A stretch of DNA of 64,000 bases from Lingula anatina (taxonomy: Eukaryota; Animalia; Brachiopoda): contig CM120648.1 in assembly GCA_051362555.1 (NCBI GenBank), positions 3,034,587 through 3,098,586 of the forward strand. Direction: 5' to 3'. Shown here piece by piece: positions 13,329 through 27,800 of the stretch. How positions within the stretch are numbered: position 1 is the stretch's first letter; each line of letters starts with the position of its first letter. A model generated the notes under the pieces. It saw only the letters and a list, made by a program, of their open reading frames with translations, was not told the origin of the DNA and ran no database searches. Made by a program: the position numbers and the translations under genes.

Positions 13329-14254
13329 TTACTGGTAAAATGGGCGCATAACCCTGTTAACTCTCTCTGAATACGGTATAACAACCGTTGTATTTTTAAT
13401 ACATCTAATTGGCTTACTTAGAACCAGGTAAGGTATCCATCCCTAGATTGGGTTTGCATTACCGGATGTCTATTTCAAATTAGTCATCATTATACTAATG
13501 TCACTTGGGCTTATTTTCTGAAAGAGACGTCATTCGACATCAATGATACCTTGCAGTTGCATAACATGCACGTGGATGGGTTTCAAACCAAATCAGGACG
13601 ACCAATCAGCCAACGAATTTGCACGTGCTCTGATTAATCCTGCTTCTAATAATTTGTTAATTGGCCACGAGGGACACATTTTGTTTCATGCGCTCAAATC
13701 GATCAATCCCTCAGTGATGGACATCGAGAAGATTGCGTGCTCTTCCCGGCATAACTAAGTGACAGTAGGTTAGAATATAAGACGTTTCACGCGCTAGTCT
13801 GATCCCTTTTGAAGTCTTTTAGAAAACGAACCGTTTGAAAAGCGTTGCCAAGCTTACGGAGCTTTTCAGTTTTATTATTATTTATTAATTAACTGATTGT
13901 CTGTACGTAATTTATTTGGTACGAGGGTCGGTACAGCAGACATGCATTCTATGTAAGTCAATGGGCCAAATGACCAAATGACTACTTGACATTTAGATCA
14001 AGGGAGCCTTTACCGCTGACAAGCTGTACACCAACATTAAGACTGCAGACATTCTAAGCAAGATCATCGTAAGCACTGAATGAAAAGGTGTTTTGTCGTT
14101 TAACTTGCAACGACATGGTTCTGAGCACAAAGCTGCACTTGCACTCCTATCGACAGAAATAAATGGCAGAAAACCAAGGAGGCAAAGTGGAAATCCTGAC
14201 TTCCATGTATGTGTAGGAAACGGATTTGAAAATCGAACACAAAAAATTTGAAAC

Positions 14255-15436
14255 ATGATTCTAGGAAATGTGACACTCACGACTGACTGGAATGATTCCC
14301 TGGAAAGTCACTCCTTCATGAATGGCACGGGTGCGGCAAACAACGGATCAACTTTGACCAGTTCAGAAGAGTTGATTGCCTGGACACGTTTGGGTATGCT
14401 CGCAGTGTCGATCATCGGTATTTGTTGCAATGTTTTGATCATTCTTTTGGTCACTTTGAGAAAAGAGGTTAGAAAATGCCCAGTGTCCGTCTATCTGTCC
14501 GCCTTGGCCATCGCAGACTTCATTTTCTGCTTGGATTTATTACGTTGGTATTTGGAATGGGCTGACTTAATTCCAATATCATGGGGGGATATTTATTGCA
14601 GCATTGCCAATTTCCTAGGCCATTTTGCAACGGGTCTTGCGCACTGGATTATCTTCTGTATCTCAGTAGAAAGAATGGTCAGAGTAGTTTTCCCGTTCAA
14701 AGCCAAGACCCTGTTGACTGTGAGACTTGCCAGGATCGGCGTTGTCGTGTTCATATGCTGGTCCGCCCTGCCGAACATTGCCCGCTTTGTTTTCGAGCGC
14801 CAAATACCTTTATACAACACCACGTGGATTTGCTGGACATTGCAAACCGATATCATAGGGCCGCTGTATTATAATCTCTTGCGAATACTGATAGAAACGC
14901 CTCCAGTGTTTTTGGTCATAGTCATCAACTGCATCACGGTGTTCAAACTGCGTTCCCACTGGACAAGAATGAAAAAGGGGGGTTTAAGGCACCAGAGTGA
15001 GCACTGTCCTGGTGGGGTGCAGATTTCGCCGCAGGAAACGGCGCTGACTGTTACTTTGGTCGTCAACGGGATGTTGTTCGTCGTCTTGGAAACGCCTTAC
15101 TTAGTAACGGAGTTCATAGCGCACTACAGGCCATCAGATGACATTACCGAAGTGCACTTCATAGTGGGGAATGCCTTCAAATTGGTAAGCGGCATTGATC
15201 ATGCTTGCAACTTTTTCGTCTACGTTATCGGATCTCCCATGCTCCGACGTGAATTCTGCGCCATTTTCTCATGTAACAGAGGCACCCAGCAAAGCAACCC
15301 CGCGGTGGCACTTAATTCCTTAAAGTCTGCTGGCGACATGCAAGGTAGTAGTTATACCCTAACGTCTGTCAGCACTCAGCAGTCTTGTTGTACCACGAGT
15401 AGCATGGACACGGCTTTGCCTGAAGGCAAATTGTAA
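14255..15436 (+). CDS. Single-exon class A (rhodopsin-like) GPCR, peptide receptor/chemoreceptor-like (FMRFamide-receptor-like group)
   Basis: 393-aa ORF with 7 hydrophobic segments, N-terminal N-glycosylation sites, GICCN (TM1), YLSALAIAD (TM2), C at the top of TM3, SVER...VFP (DRY-equivalent), FVVLETP (TM6) and HACNFFVY..GS..LR (TM7/H8). Confidence 0.92.
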   Translation: MILGNVTLTTDWNDSLESHSFMNGTGAANNGSTLTSSEELIAWTRLGMLAVSIIGICCNVLIILLVTLRKEVRKCPVSVYLSALAIADFIFCLDLLRWYLEWADLIPISWGDIYCSIANFLGHFATGLAHWIIFCISVERMVRVVFPFKAKTLLTVRLARIGVVVFICWSALPNIARFVFERQIPLYNTTWICWTLQTDIIGPLYYNLLRILIETPPVFLVIVINCITVFKLRSHWTRMKKGGLRHQSEHCPGGVQISPQETALTVTLVVNGMLFVVLETPYLVTEFIAHYRPSDDITEVHFIVGNAFKLVSGIDHACNFFVYVIGSPMLRREFCAIFSCNRGTQQSNPAVALNSLKSAGDMQGSSYTLTSVSTQQSCCTTSSMDTALPEGKL

Positions 15437-16618
15437 AATAACGAAATTTCTCGAAACAACGTGGCTCTGTTTGTGAAAATACGGCATTCCGGCCCTATGA
15501 ATGGTAATATTGATAAATGCTAACTCTTAAATTGATATTATATTTTGGATAATGTATTGGTATATTACACATGAACATCGGAATAATTGTTTCTGGTACA
15601 TGATATTCACATATTGTGATTTAGATAATTTAACAATGGTTATAAAGAAACGTATCATTTTGTTGTGATTGTTTGGTGAAGGTGTTGTACTTAAATAAAA
15701 GACAATTAATTGTGCAATTTATAAATGTTGTCAACTTAGGTTGTATCTTATGGCAAAGTAGCAAGATGCAGTAATCAAAAGCAATTTGTCTTACCAAAGA
15801 CGTCAAATATACATGAATAATAGGCCCAAGGCAATGGGCCCTATAATCATGATGATGTAGACATAAGCCTTACCAGTACTTACGGATATCATCTTTTATA
15901 TTTTACAAAACTATTCATGTTAACCTAGTATCACTCATTCCATGAAATTTCTTTGGATGTATAAGCATATGTATAAATTTATTGTATTATGATTTTATAA
16001 GTTATTCAGGGGGTAGGGGGGTGGGGGGGGGGAGCAGGAACCGTTTATGAAGGACTGGTATGTAATTATATCACAGTTTACTACAGTACATGCTCTGAGA
16101 TGAACGGCTCGAAAAAACATAATGTGAACTAGGGGTCGGTATCTAATAGAAGGGGTGTTCTAAATAAACAAATCATCGCTGTAAGACGAGCGGGGAAAAG
16201 TTCAAGGTAGAGTAGATAATGAATCAATTAAAGAAAAAATTTAAGAATCACCTCAGTAAAGGCAAATATATCCGAATTCAGGAAAACGAGAACGATTATA
16301 CAAAATATCATACTTTAATATAGACGCAATTTTTTCATCTTCCGTCTGCTGGATTGAGTCTATCAATTCACTCGCCCTCCCTCTGCTGGGTAGAAAGGTT
16401 CCGAGTGCACCATGGCCTGTTTACAACGTAGCGTGACACGCCATGACCTGTTTAAAGCCATGATGTTACCCTATCAGCGTCCTCTGTAACTTCCTATAAC
16501 CTGCTATTTCCCACGGTACGTCCGTACATGTAAGACTGCATTATTGCGAATTAAAGGGACCGAGGTGTCTCCATCAAGCATATTGCTAAAGAAACAAGCC
16601 AGGACAACAGTTCTGAAA

Positions 16619-18619
16619 ATGGGCTCCATATATGTAATCGGTTTTCTTGGCGTCGTGTTGATTGCCGCTGGTCATACACAAAGTGTGGACCAAGATGTGT
16701 TTACTAAACAGATGTTGCTGTACAAACTGAACTATCAAGTAAGTCATGCTTGGTTATTCTCTACTCCTCTCTCTCTCTCTGTTGGTAACTAATTAAAATA
16801 TACTTTGTAAAATAAAACCGACATCAATTTTATAGCGCTGAAAAATCGATGAAAAGTCTATGTATTCCCTCTGGTTTTATGGTAACAACCAATCAGTTAG
16901 CTACCTTGAATACAAAACACCGCCATTCCGTTATCCATAACAGGTGAAACAAATGGACCAGGAACTTTTTACCAGATGTCCAGGGTTTTTCACCCACCCT
17001 GACCATTCGACCATGGGGATCATTGGCCGTAGAGCAGCCTACGGGGACGCCTTCTTAGACCTGGAGATAAAGTTGGCCAGTAAGACACTGGATGACCTGA
17101 AGAAAAAGTACTTGTTGTGTTTGGAGAATCCGAGCGCTTTTAGGGGACCCACGACTACTAAACCTACAACTACCACTACTACCACCACTAAACGCACGAC
17201 AACCATGAAACCGACTACGACTACTTCTGCTATTTACTTCGGTGAGAAAATTGCATGACAGATCTTTTCACTCTCGTCCTTAACTTGACAGGTATAACCA
17301 TCGGGTTTTAATATCAAATAAACATTTAGACAAATGAATATTGATTCAAACCTAAGACAAACAGTTAGCAAGACCCTATAAGACTTAATTGGTAAATCAC
17401 TCCTCTCAGACATCCAGAAAGAGAATTTATCAGTATATTATATATTATATATTAATTTGCTTATTAAATGGCATCTGGTATCTGTCAGTCAGTGAGTTGT
17501 ATTAGTCGCTTTGATGTGATTTATATAGGTCTTCAGCTCCCTAACCGTTCATTATCTTGCAATAGCCGTTTTCAACCTGGCTCAACTGGCTAAAAAGAAA
17601 TTATGGAAATCCAAGTACCTAATCCAGACCCTAGTAATTGCTTATGAAGGCATACTGCCCTTGTCTATGTTTTAATTATTCCAGAAAATTTGCCAAACTA
17701 AAGGAAAACAGAGCTTTTAACAAATGGCCCTTCGTGTCATATTTCCTGCTGTCGTACCATGCATTCAGGTAGATACAAGGGGTTATAAACTATTAACTGG
17801 GCATGTTCTTTTTTTAGGTGACTTTGGTTTCAAAGTTCTCCGAGCCAAAAACATCACATACAGAAACTACGATTTTCTGGCACTGGAGGTGAGAATTCCG
17901 GATGACGGACAGAGCAAGTCTGTGAATTGGTGCCGCGACTATCAGCTTTTATGCCAAAGTCTCTCTCGTCGTCCGACCGGGTGTGGGGAAAGATTTAAAT
18001 CTACATATGGATACCAACAGTAAGAGCTTTAACGCATTTCTTATGCTTTACAATTATTTTTAATCCTGTAAAGATAGCACTTCAAGAAGAGGCGTAAAAC
18101 AATATTATCACAACACCGAAAGACAAAGATGCTCCTCATCTAAAACTGTAGATTAAAAGCTGGGCTATTTTCAACACGTATCTTTCATCTTCAAGGTAAA
18201 CAAGTTTGGTGAATCCAAGGGGGAGGGGGCACGTACCTGCTGTGCCCTCCATTGCATCTGTCAGTAACAATAAAGTGATTATTTTTTAAAGTTGAGTTGG
18301 TGCTTAACGAACGCCCGGAATTTACAACACAATATTTTGGGTATTAAATTCCAGTTGTGCTTCCGATTACAACTCTGACATGGACATCGGGGACGTACTT
18401 AACTGCAACCCTTCCAGAAACATAGCGTCTGCAGTCAACCTGGCGTTCGGTGATGGCAGCGGCCCAGCAAGGTACAGTTATAACGCCTTTGGCTTCCATT
18501 CCTGCACCAGTCACACCTGCCAAAAGAGCATCGAGAAAAGTGACATAGCATTAAGTTATATGAAGGGGTCGTGGCAGAACAACGGGACTGAGACCATCAT
18601 GTACACGCTGTGTCGGTAA
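16619..18619 (+). CDS. Secreted protein: helical prodomain + Thr-rich stalk + Cys-rich C-terminal domain, copy 1 (~294 aa)
   Basis: Exons 16619-16738, 16944-17241, 17818-18019, 18355-18619, with consistent phase. Signal peptide MGSIYVIGFLGVVLIAAGHT, a GRR dibasic site, a poly-Thr tract, and a domain with WCRDYQLLC..L.RRPTGCG...CNP...FGFHSC...C...YTLCR. Confidence 0.85.
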
Positions 18620-19458
18620 ACAACGGCATCTACAAAATGGCACCACAGACGTACGATATGCGTGCGAGATATCACTTTGTCGTCCAAATGATTTTCTATT
18701 TTGTGATTGAAGTCGACCGCCAAAATTTTATGAGAGAATTAAGTATTAAAGGCCATGTGGTATTTTCCGCTTTTGTTAATTATAAGAGATTATAAAAACT
18801 ACTGGTACCTTTTTTACACGGCCGCCATTAAAAACACTGATTTATTGCAGTTCCATTTCTTTAACATATTAAGTATAAAAAAGAGTACAGGTTGATTTAA
18901 AAAGTTTTTGGTGGAAAAATCGTCAGTAAAAATATTATACTGTCCATGATAATCGGTACTTAGAGGCATTTTAAATAATACGTTAGCCAGGTGAGGTAAT
19001 AAATTTGACGAAATTTGCTCTTAATGTTAACATTAACATGTAAAGGAGAACGATGCCTTAATAATTATACTGTCTCTTACACACAGGATCATAATGGAGA
19101 CATACATGTACACATGCTTCCATATTGTAACAAACCAGTATTGTCATAGCAAGTCACTTAATGTAAACCGAATTGTCTTATCTCCTCTGTTTAGTTTGGA
19201 AATGATCTACGTTCACCCAGCACATCTTAAAATCATGCGTCCTGACCTTAAACACGCGTTCAAACGCTATCAGAGACCAATGTGCCCCTACAACCTGTTA
19301 TTTCTCACTACACTCCCTGAAACGTATCACGGACTTATCGATATATAGGCGTGTATATATATATATATGCAGAGGTGAGGACAGAAAGCATATGGAAAGG
19401 ACGTACAGGTAGGACGTGGATTAAAAGTTGAAGGCAAAGCAGGAGAAAATTTCTGAAA

Positions 19459-21237
19459 ATGGGCTCCGTGAGTGTAATCGGTTTTCTAATTGCCGTAGTG
19501 ATTGCCACTGTCCATGCACAAAACGTGGATCAAGGTTTATTTACTAAACAGATGTTGCTGTACAAACTGAACTATCAGGTTAGTCTTGCATTGATATTCT
19601 TCCTCTTCTAAATGTGACATCATTTTTGCAATCCTTCAGTCATAAATCTTGCTTCTCGAAACCAAAGTTTGAATCCCGCTAGTATGTTGTAATCTCTGCA
19701 GTTAAATCATTCAAATAAGACCATGACAATGTTCATAATAAATGTTTCATTCCCTGGTTAGCTATAATTCCTGCTTATATAACTTCACCTTCCTTTTTAT
19801 CCATAACAGGTGAAACAAATGGACCAGGAACTTTTTACCAGATGTCCAGGCTTTTTCACCCACCCTGACCATTCGTCCATGGGGATCATTGGCCGAAGAG
19901 CAGCCTATGGGGACACCTTCTTGGACCTGGAGATTAAGTTGGCCAGTAAGACGCTGGATGACCTGAAGAAAAAGTACCTGATGTGTCTGGAGAATCCAAG
20001 CGCTTTTAGGGGATCCACGACTACTAAGCGCACGACAACGATGAAACCTAGTACGACTACTTATAGGGAAAACGGTATAGTGACTGTAACATTTGGAATT
20101 TTAGCTACTCCTACCCTGTAAATATTATAGTCTTAGAGAAACTGAGAAACAAAAGCTTAAACGAAGCATTCTCTCACACTCCTCTCATACTTCCGTGATT
20201 AAGATATGTAAACGATAAGCATGTGACATACCAATATATATTGTTTGAAAACTTGTAAATTAAAAGTATCTCTCATTGGTCATTTGTTGAGTTGCTTAAC
20301 TTATGGTTCTTGACATTTGTACAAGTTTTCAGCTTCCTACTAGTTCATCATGCATACGTAGCAATGGGCCTTTTTTGTACATTACGTGTACAATTGGCCA
20401 AATTAAAAATCCTGATACTTCGTGTATAATTCCAAATAACTGCTTCTTAACTTCATCTATATGCCAAAGTTGCTCTCAGAAAATCCGAAATCCTTAAAAT
20501 GACATCTTATGATCTATGGTCCGAGCTGACATATCTCATATAAGGAGGAATGAAATACGAAAAAATAGACGTTCTTTTTTAGGTGAATTTGGCTTCAAGG
20601 TTCTTCGAACCAAAAACATCACATACAGAAACTACGAGTTTCTGGCACTGGAGGTGAGGATTCCGGACGATGGACAGAGCAAGTCAGTGAACTGGTGCCG
20701 CGACTATCAGCTTTTATGCGAAAGTCTCTCTCGTCGTCCGACTGGATGTGGGGAAAGATTTCTATCTATATCAGGTTACAAAAAGTGAGAATTCAAACGT
20801 TTTTTCTTTAGTTTTATAAAGATAATATGTATTCAATAATGTTTTTTTTTTGGGGGGGGGGGAGGGAATCACGACTTTAAGAGGGCTCACGTGAAAATGC
20901 ACCCGTCATTGTAAAAGCATTTTTATTTTTTAAACTGGATTTACTTCTTGTTTTTCTGTCATTTGATTCCAGTTGCGCTTCTGATTACAACTCTGACATG
21001 CGCATTGGAGACGTCTTAGGTTGTAATCCTTCCTACACCGTAGCGGCTGTTGCCAACCTGGCTTTTGGTGATGGCAAAGGCCCAGCAAAGGGCAGCTATA
21101 ACGCCTTTGGCTTCCATTCCTGCAACAGCCACACCTGCCAAAAAAGCATCCAGAAAAGTGACACTGCATTAAGCTATATGAAGGGGTCGTGGCAGAACAA
21201 CGGGACTGAGACCATTATGTACACGCTGTGTCGTTAA
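19459..21237 (+). CDS. Secreted Cys-rich protein, copy 2 (~283 aa)
   Basis: Exons 19459-19578, 19810-20074, 20583-20784, 20973-21237. Same architecture and exon phases as copy 1, with a shorter Thr stalk. Confidence 0.85.
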
Positions 21238-21739
21238 ACAACGGCATCTACAAATGGCACCACAGACGTACGTTATGTGTGCGCGACATCACTTTGTTTA
21301 TAAAATGATATCTATTTTGTGAGTGACGTCGACTGTCAAAATTTTATGGGAGAATAAAAGGCATTCGAAATCACATAGTAATCTCTGCTTTCTTAAACGT
21401 GTTGGAGCTTATCTTCTTATAGCAACCATCTTTCCAGTACACAGCCCCCATTAAGAACACACTGCCTAAGTTCAATTTCTGAAACATGTCAAATTTGAAA
21501 AAAAAGTCATGAGGAGGACGAATGTGTAGAAGACGCGGTCTTCGCATCTCGAGAGAAGGTGGAAGGGTTTTGGTAGATGGATCGTTAGTAAGAAGACTAT
21601 AGGACTACTGTCCGCAAGAAACTATACCTGGAAGTAATTAATACGTTACTCAGATGAGGAAACTACCTTGACAAAAATAATTGGCTCTTAATTTAAAGCC
21701 TTAGCGTGGATATACTAAGAGTACAGATGTACGTTCCCT

Positions 21740-21925
21740 GACGGCTTTGTGATCCTCAAGGTAAAGTAGACATGTGTCCAAATACCAAATACCAAAAGAA
21801 GTCACTGTAGGAGAGAATTCAAGACAGAGGACAGAGAAAGTCAGTGGACTGTAGCCGCAACCAGCAGCTTTTATGTCAAAGTCTCTCTCGTCATCTTTTT
21901 GGTTATTGGAAAGATTTCGGGTGAG
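21740..21925 (+). pseudogene. Degenerate third copy of exon 3 of the secreted Cys-rich gene
   Basis: gagaattc..gac.gaggacagag.aagtcagtg.act...gccgc.acc.gcagcttttatgtcaaagtctctctcgtc matches 17890-17970 and 20655-20735, but with indels. Confidence 0.6.
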
Positions 21926-23685
21926 AATTTGAAAGTATAATTAAACATTTTGTAAACATATAAAAATAAATTACGCTCATTATAAAAAGGTGTTGAACTG
22001 ATGATGTTTTATGAAAATCTGGAAATCCACGTCGGTCCACGAGTCATACATGTAGAAATCTGCCATGTTCCCATAACTGCTAGACGATTGTTAATACCCC
22101 CCTAGCGTTTCAGGAGGCGTGCCAGACATCAGAGCCGCTTAAGATGAATGCAATTTAGCGTGAATCCCCTCGGAGATGGACTGATCCCGCAAGATCGAAC
22201 TAGGTATGGGAACGGTCTTTGTCGCTTTGCCGCACGGTCTATTACAGCTGAAATCCAACAGTTTTTCATGACATATAATTTTATTTTGGGCACTTACCCT
22301 CCATAATGCCCACCCTTAGCCTTGGCCATCAGGTACCTGGCGGTATGTTTTATATCTTGTATTGTCTATGACTGTAATCATATTTTACTAAATGGAAGGA
22401 GTGTAATGATATCATTGGTTTGATCAAGCATCGACACGTGTATGCCTAACGTTGGCAATTGCTATCACCATCAAATAGTGAGAGAAACTACCCAAAGCTC
22501 CCTGTTTGCTGTGAAGCATTTTCTTTATTCACACATTACTACCTTTATGACTACAGTTGTTGATGTCACCTCATTTTATGATCAGCATTATTTATTCTCT
22601 TAATCTCTACTTATTGCCTCTGTGCACATCACGTTTTGCATATCATGTTTCTTGACAACATAGCACGCATTGACACACTTCACAAATTTAATCATTCAAA
22701 TTCGCCACAGTACATGTAGGGGGTGAGTATTAGAGTAAGTATAAGAGTGTATTGGTATTTCATTTGATCCCGCAAAACTTACGGATAGATGTTCAACGGT
22801 GTATGTTAAGTACACTTTTAGTATTGCGTCACACTTATATAAACATAATGCACACAGGTCTATGTACAGTAGTAACTAATAAAAGGTACATATCAAATCA
22901 AGCCAATCTAATGTATACCAGCTTAACAAATCCTTTTTGTGATATAATTAAAACGATGAAGCATTATTACTCTTGAATAATATACACAATTCAACACTAT
23001 AACGCGTTAATAAAAACAGAACCTCCATTTAGACAGGAACATTTTGAATAATTATCTAACATTCCCATTAACAAAAAATTCGTTATTGCTATACACGAAT
23101 ATTTTCTGTCCAATAAAAAGTTAATATAGCATTTAGAGAGGCCAGACCTCAGCCAAGGTGACTTGATTATCATATTTGATTGATAATTCACAGTTTATTG
23201 TTCACTAATAAAATCTATTCGAATCTTGGATAGCCCATTTCTTACCTATTACGATGTTTTATGTTTGATGTTTTATCAAAAAAATGTGTTCACACCGCTG
23301 TGAGCTAATAGTTTAACTAACAAACAAATAACATATAATAATTATAATAATAATAACCTCATTGGTGGAGGCAAAATGTTGTCTGACCAAGCCATTTTGT
23401 CAAGATATCTTCAACTGAATATCCATTTCGTCCGAATAGGCTGTCGAAGACATGTTCTACACGTCTATGGAGACATTATATTCTATAGCTCCCAAGAAAA
23501 TGTCTCTTGCGTCCAAAATAACACAAAAAAAAATTACAATAAATCATGATAAATCATGTACCCTACAAAAAGCACATGTCCTCTTTACATGGGCTATTGA
23601 ACACATTATAGTGTTATGTACAATATTGAACGTCCGCTCAATACCACGGGAAGTGACTTCCCTTTAACATGTAATTAATTGCTTA

Positions 23686-23897
23686 TACCCCCTTTACACT
23701 GGACGACGTCCTTTCTGCGACCATGAAATTTGGCATCGCTGTGGTCTAAATAAGGAGGCATGAGCATTGATTTTGTGTCAGAATGAATGCTCAATGATCG
23801 GCCAGTTGTCGGCACGTAAAATATTATAATTTTTTAACTGTCAAATGGGGCCGTACTGCTGGACGCAGAAAGGACGCCGTCCAGTGTAAAGGGGCCC
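23686..23897. mobile_element. MITE, PIF/Harbinger-like (copy 2)
   Basis: Same TIRs and internal sequence as 13106-13328; TTA flanks. Confidence 0.8.
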
Positions 23898-24811
23898 TTA
23901 GGGAATGCTATATTTACAAGGGTCTATTTTCACCAGGCAGTCATTACACGTTTAATCTTATACTCAAATTAAATGCTATAACATAACATATTTTCTACTA
24001 CTAAAAAGTCAAAGACACACGGCCTTACATTCGTACAAAATACGATGACACAGATAGTTTATAAATCTATGAAGTCACATATGAACCACAAAAAATGACC
24101 AAATACGGTATCATCTATACCGGCGTAACAAAACTGAGAGTCAGTGTAACAGAAAGTCCGCTCCCCATTTAGTTACAATTTTTAGGGTTAGCCTGACCAA
24201 AGCGGGTCAAACTCTACGACGCTTACCTGCGCAAATGAATGGGAAGCGGGCTCTGTATCATGGGGGCCTCTCTCACATTTCACCGGCAGTTGCAAGGTAT
24301 TAAATTTACTACTCCGCCTGAAGAATAACAGACCGTTGGGGTCCAAAGAAGTCTGTGGTTAAAATAAATGTCTTACTTTCAATGTAATGAGAGTATGGCT
24401 CACTTCAGGGAGGGGGAATACGTGATATAAAATCCATCGGGATCAAATCCATTTGGGCATGCTTTGTGCAAATCTAAATGCGGGGTATATCGAAAATCAT
24501 CTGTTCCTCGCTGCACGGAAGATACTTCTCTCCCTCACTTACGCCAAATCCCAATCTTCTGAATACAAGATAAACAGATACTATTACAATATATGCTATC
24601 AATTTTTTACATTTTTATTAAACAAAAACATTGGAAGATATTGTTTTATTGTATCAGGTAAATCATAACATATGTAATTAGTGCATATCAAACAGTATAC
24701 ACCTTGTCCAAATTCTCTTTGAAATATGCTAACGTCGATAACGTATGGTTGGCTATCAAAGTCAAAATTATATGCAATATGTGACGCTGGACAAAGTGCA
24801 TTTTTACTTAC

Positions 24812-27800
24812 TCGACTTTGATTCCTCTTTGCCATGAGATCCTCGAACAGAATCTTGTCTTTGGTCGTCATCAGAAAATCTCAGTCTCCTCATTGCATTC
24901 ACGGCGACAGGGGCCTCATCCTCTAATATCCGGCATGCTTCAATGAAGGCGTCCTCTGGTATTTCACATGAGATATAGAACTCTACATGATGCTCCCTCG
25001 AGATCTCAAGAATTTTGTCTGACAGTAAGATGTCTGAAAGAGCTTCAGTAACTGCCCCATCCTTATACTTTGACCAGAAATAAGTCAAGTCTTCCGGCTT
25101 GTAAAATCTCACAGTAAGTAGAATGCTGCCAGATCGAATAGGTGGAACAAGCTCCGCTTTGAAATGCAGTAAATCATTAATCAAACTTTGTCGCTTTCCT
25201 GTATTGTGTAAAACTTCCTCTGTCAGCCCTTCATCTGCTTTACGCAATACCAAATCAGTTACTTGTTTGTTTATTTCATATTTCTGTTGCTTTAGTTTTA
25301 CTTTAAGTTGAAGGTCTGCAATAGAAGAACGTTACACGGCTAAAGGTTGATATCCTCAAGAAGAAGACTTTATTTTTACAAATTAAATCTAAAAACCCAA
25401 TCCGCCCATGACAAATGAACAGGAAACACAGGTGTATAATCACTGGCATATGTTATGATTATTAAGGTTAAACAAGACCATGTTGAACGAGAAAATATAA
25501 TTAATTGGACGATTTTCAAAAACTGCATGTACAAAAACAAAAAACACATTGGTGGTAAAAGGATAATAAATGTTCGTATAAGAATCATATTTCCCAATAA
25601 ATAAATGCCTCAAATAAATTCCATTTTACCACCAGAACGCACTTATACTGAAATCTGTGCTTGCCATCCGGCTACGTGGACATATAGATGACTTCCCTCC
25701 GTAAAATCTCTTAAGAGATAGTTACAAAAACCAAAGGAGATTATTGCAAAAAACAATTTTTTGAAAATAAAAAACAGGGACTAACTTTGAATGTCGTGAT
25801 TGTAAAATTGCACTCCTGCTTAAAACAGATTATTGTGAAAATGAAATCTTAAAGGGATAATAACTCTTCGTATGAAATCTGTATTTCACAATAAAAACAT
25901 TGTGAGTGACTCATAAAAATATAATATATTCTGTTTTCCCACAAAAACGGCTGTTATAGCTATTATTCTGATATCTGAGCTTGTCTTTAGACCACGTGAC
26001 CTCCATTGATGGCTATACTCTGTTAAAATCTCTTAAGAGATTTTAACAAAAAACCAAACTTTTTAGAAAAAAACCAGGGACTAACTTTGAATGTAAAAAT
26101 GGATTCATTAACCATTGGTAAGTATGGGAAAATTGTTGTTTACTCCAGGAAAATTCATTTTTTGGCCTAAACGAAGAGTTATTATCACTTTAATCATCTC
26201 TCTAAAATAACAGATTAAAACGTCCTTAAACAAAACATTATAAGTAGCCACAGGTTTTTTCTCGAATATGGCAATGGAGAGTAATTTCCTTACCAAAATA
26301 CCGACATACAATCGCTATTGGTATTCTCCACTTTTAGAGTGCCAACAGTAAGAAAAAATATCATACGTATTTCGCTTCCAGTCAAAGCATCTACAAAACA
26401 ACATAAAGGAAAGAAATCTCTTTGAACTAATCCTACCTCCTTTAAAGGTATTGCATAAAAACAATAAATTATAGCAAGTATCTCATTATAGCCTTTGTCA
26501 TCATAGATACAGACCTGCAAACCTCTTGGAACGAGGACTCGGTTTTTTCTTCTTGCTCTTTTGTGTGGGTCTCGCTCCTGAAACGATATGCTCTTTACTT
26601 TCATAAAATGCGCTCTTTTATCATCAAAGCCGCATATCCAAAATGTTTATCTCGGTGATCTGTAAATACCTATAATTATTCTGAAAACCACTGGACAATC
26701 ATAGCGGTACAGGCAAAATAACCACAGCAATAACAGTACACGTTCGTGTGTAATTCATTTACAAGAATCGTATGACACATGTAATATGCAACGCTTAAGT
26801 TTACATTTCAGAGTTATATAAAATGTTCCTCCTTATCACCAAAGACCCAACCCCGTCTTGATGGTAAGTAAAGCCACGAAGTGACCTGAGACTGTGAACC
26901 GCGTTCGTGTCTTGGTTATTACAATCTACAGGCTAAATATTTATAATTTTAATAAAATAGTGAATTAACAGAAGAGAACTTTTAAAGTGCCTAAAAGCCA
27001 TTTAGACGCTTTGCCTACATCATACATATTTCTGAGTAATACCTGGTATGTTCGATGTAATCCTCCACTAAAATTTACTCATCTCTCAAAAATAAGTTTA
27101 AAATGTCCTTAGACAAAAAAAAATCGGAAACAGCTATATGGCTTATTTTTCTCAGATAATTGGAGAGTAATTATCTTACCAAAATACCGACATACAAATG
27201 TTGTCCGTATTCTCCACTTTTAGAGTGCTAACAATCAGAAAAAAACATCAAACGTATTTCGCTATCAGCCAAAGCATCCACAAAACCGAGAAGATAGGAA
27301 AGAAATTACTTTAGACTAACATATCTTCCTTTAAAGTTATATTATTGCATTATTTCATAAAAATCGATTCCTTATAACAAATATCTCTTCCATTATAGCT
27401 TATGTCATCATGGATACATACCCCCAGAACTGTTGGAACGAGGGCTCGGGGTTTTCTCCTTGCTCTTTTGTTTGGGTCTCGCTCCTGAAATAAAATGCTC
27501 TTTATTATCATAAGATACACCATTTTACAACCAAAGACACATACCTCAAATGTTTATCACAGTGATCTATAAATACCTATAACTATTCTTACTCTCATTT
27601 TGTGAAAAGAAATGGCCGAACCACTGGACAACTATAACGACACAGGCAGAACAACACGATACGTTCATGTGTAATCCTTTAACAAGGATCATATGACGCA
27701 TGTTATATGCAACGCTTACGTTGACATTTGCAAAACAGTTTATTAAAAAAATAATAGCACCATTCTTTTCAGTCATATAACATTGTCTACAGTATGCCCA

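Noticed and set aside
22020-24340. Additional 3' exons or an effector domain for DED paralog A
   Set aside because: Several AG/GT-bounded segments exist, but none gave a convincing phase-compatible, recognisable domain. Left unresolved.
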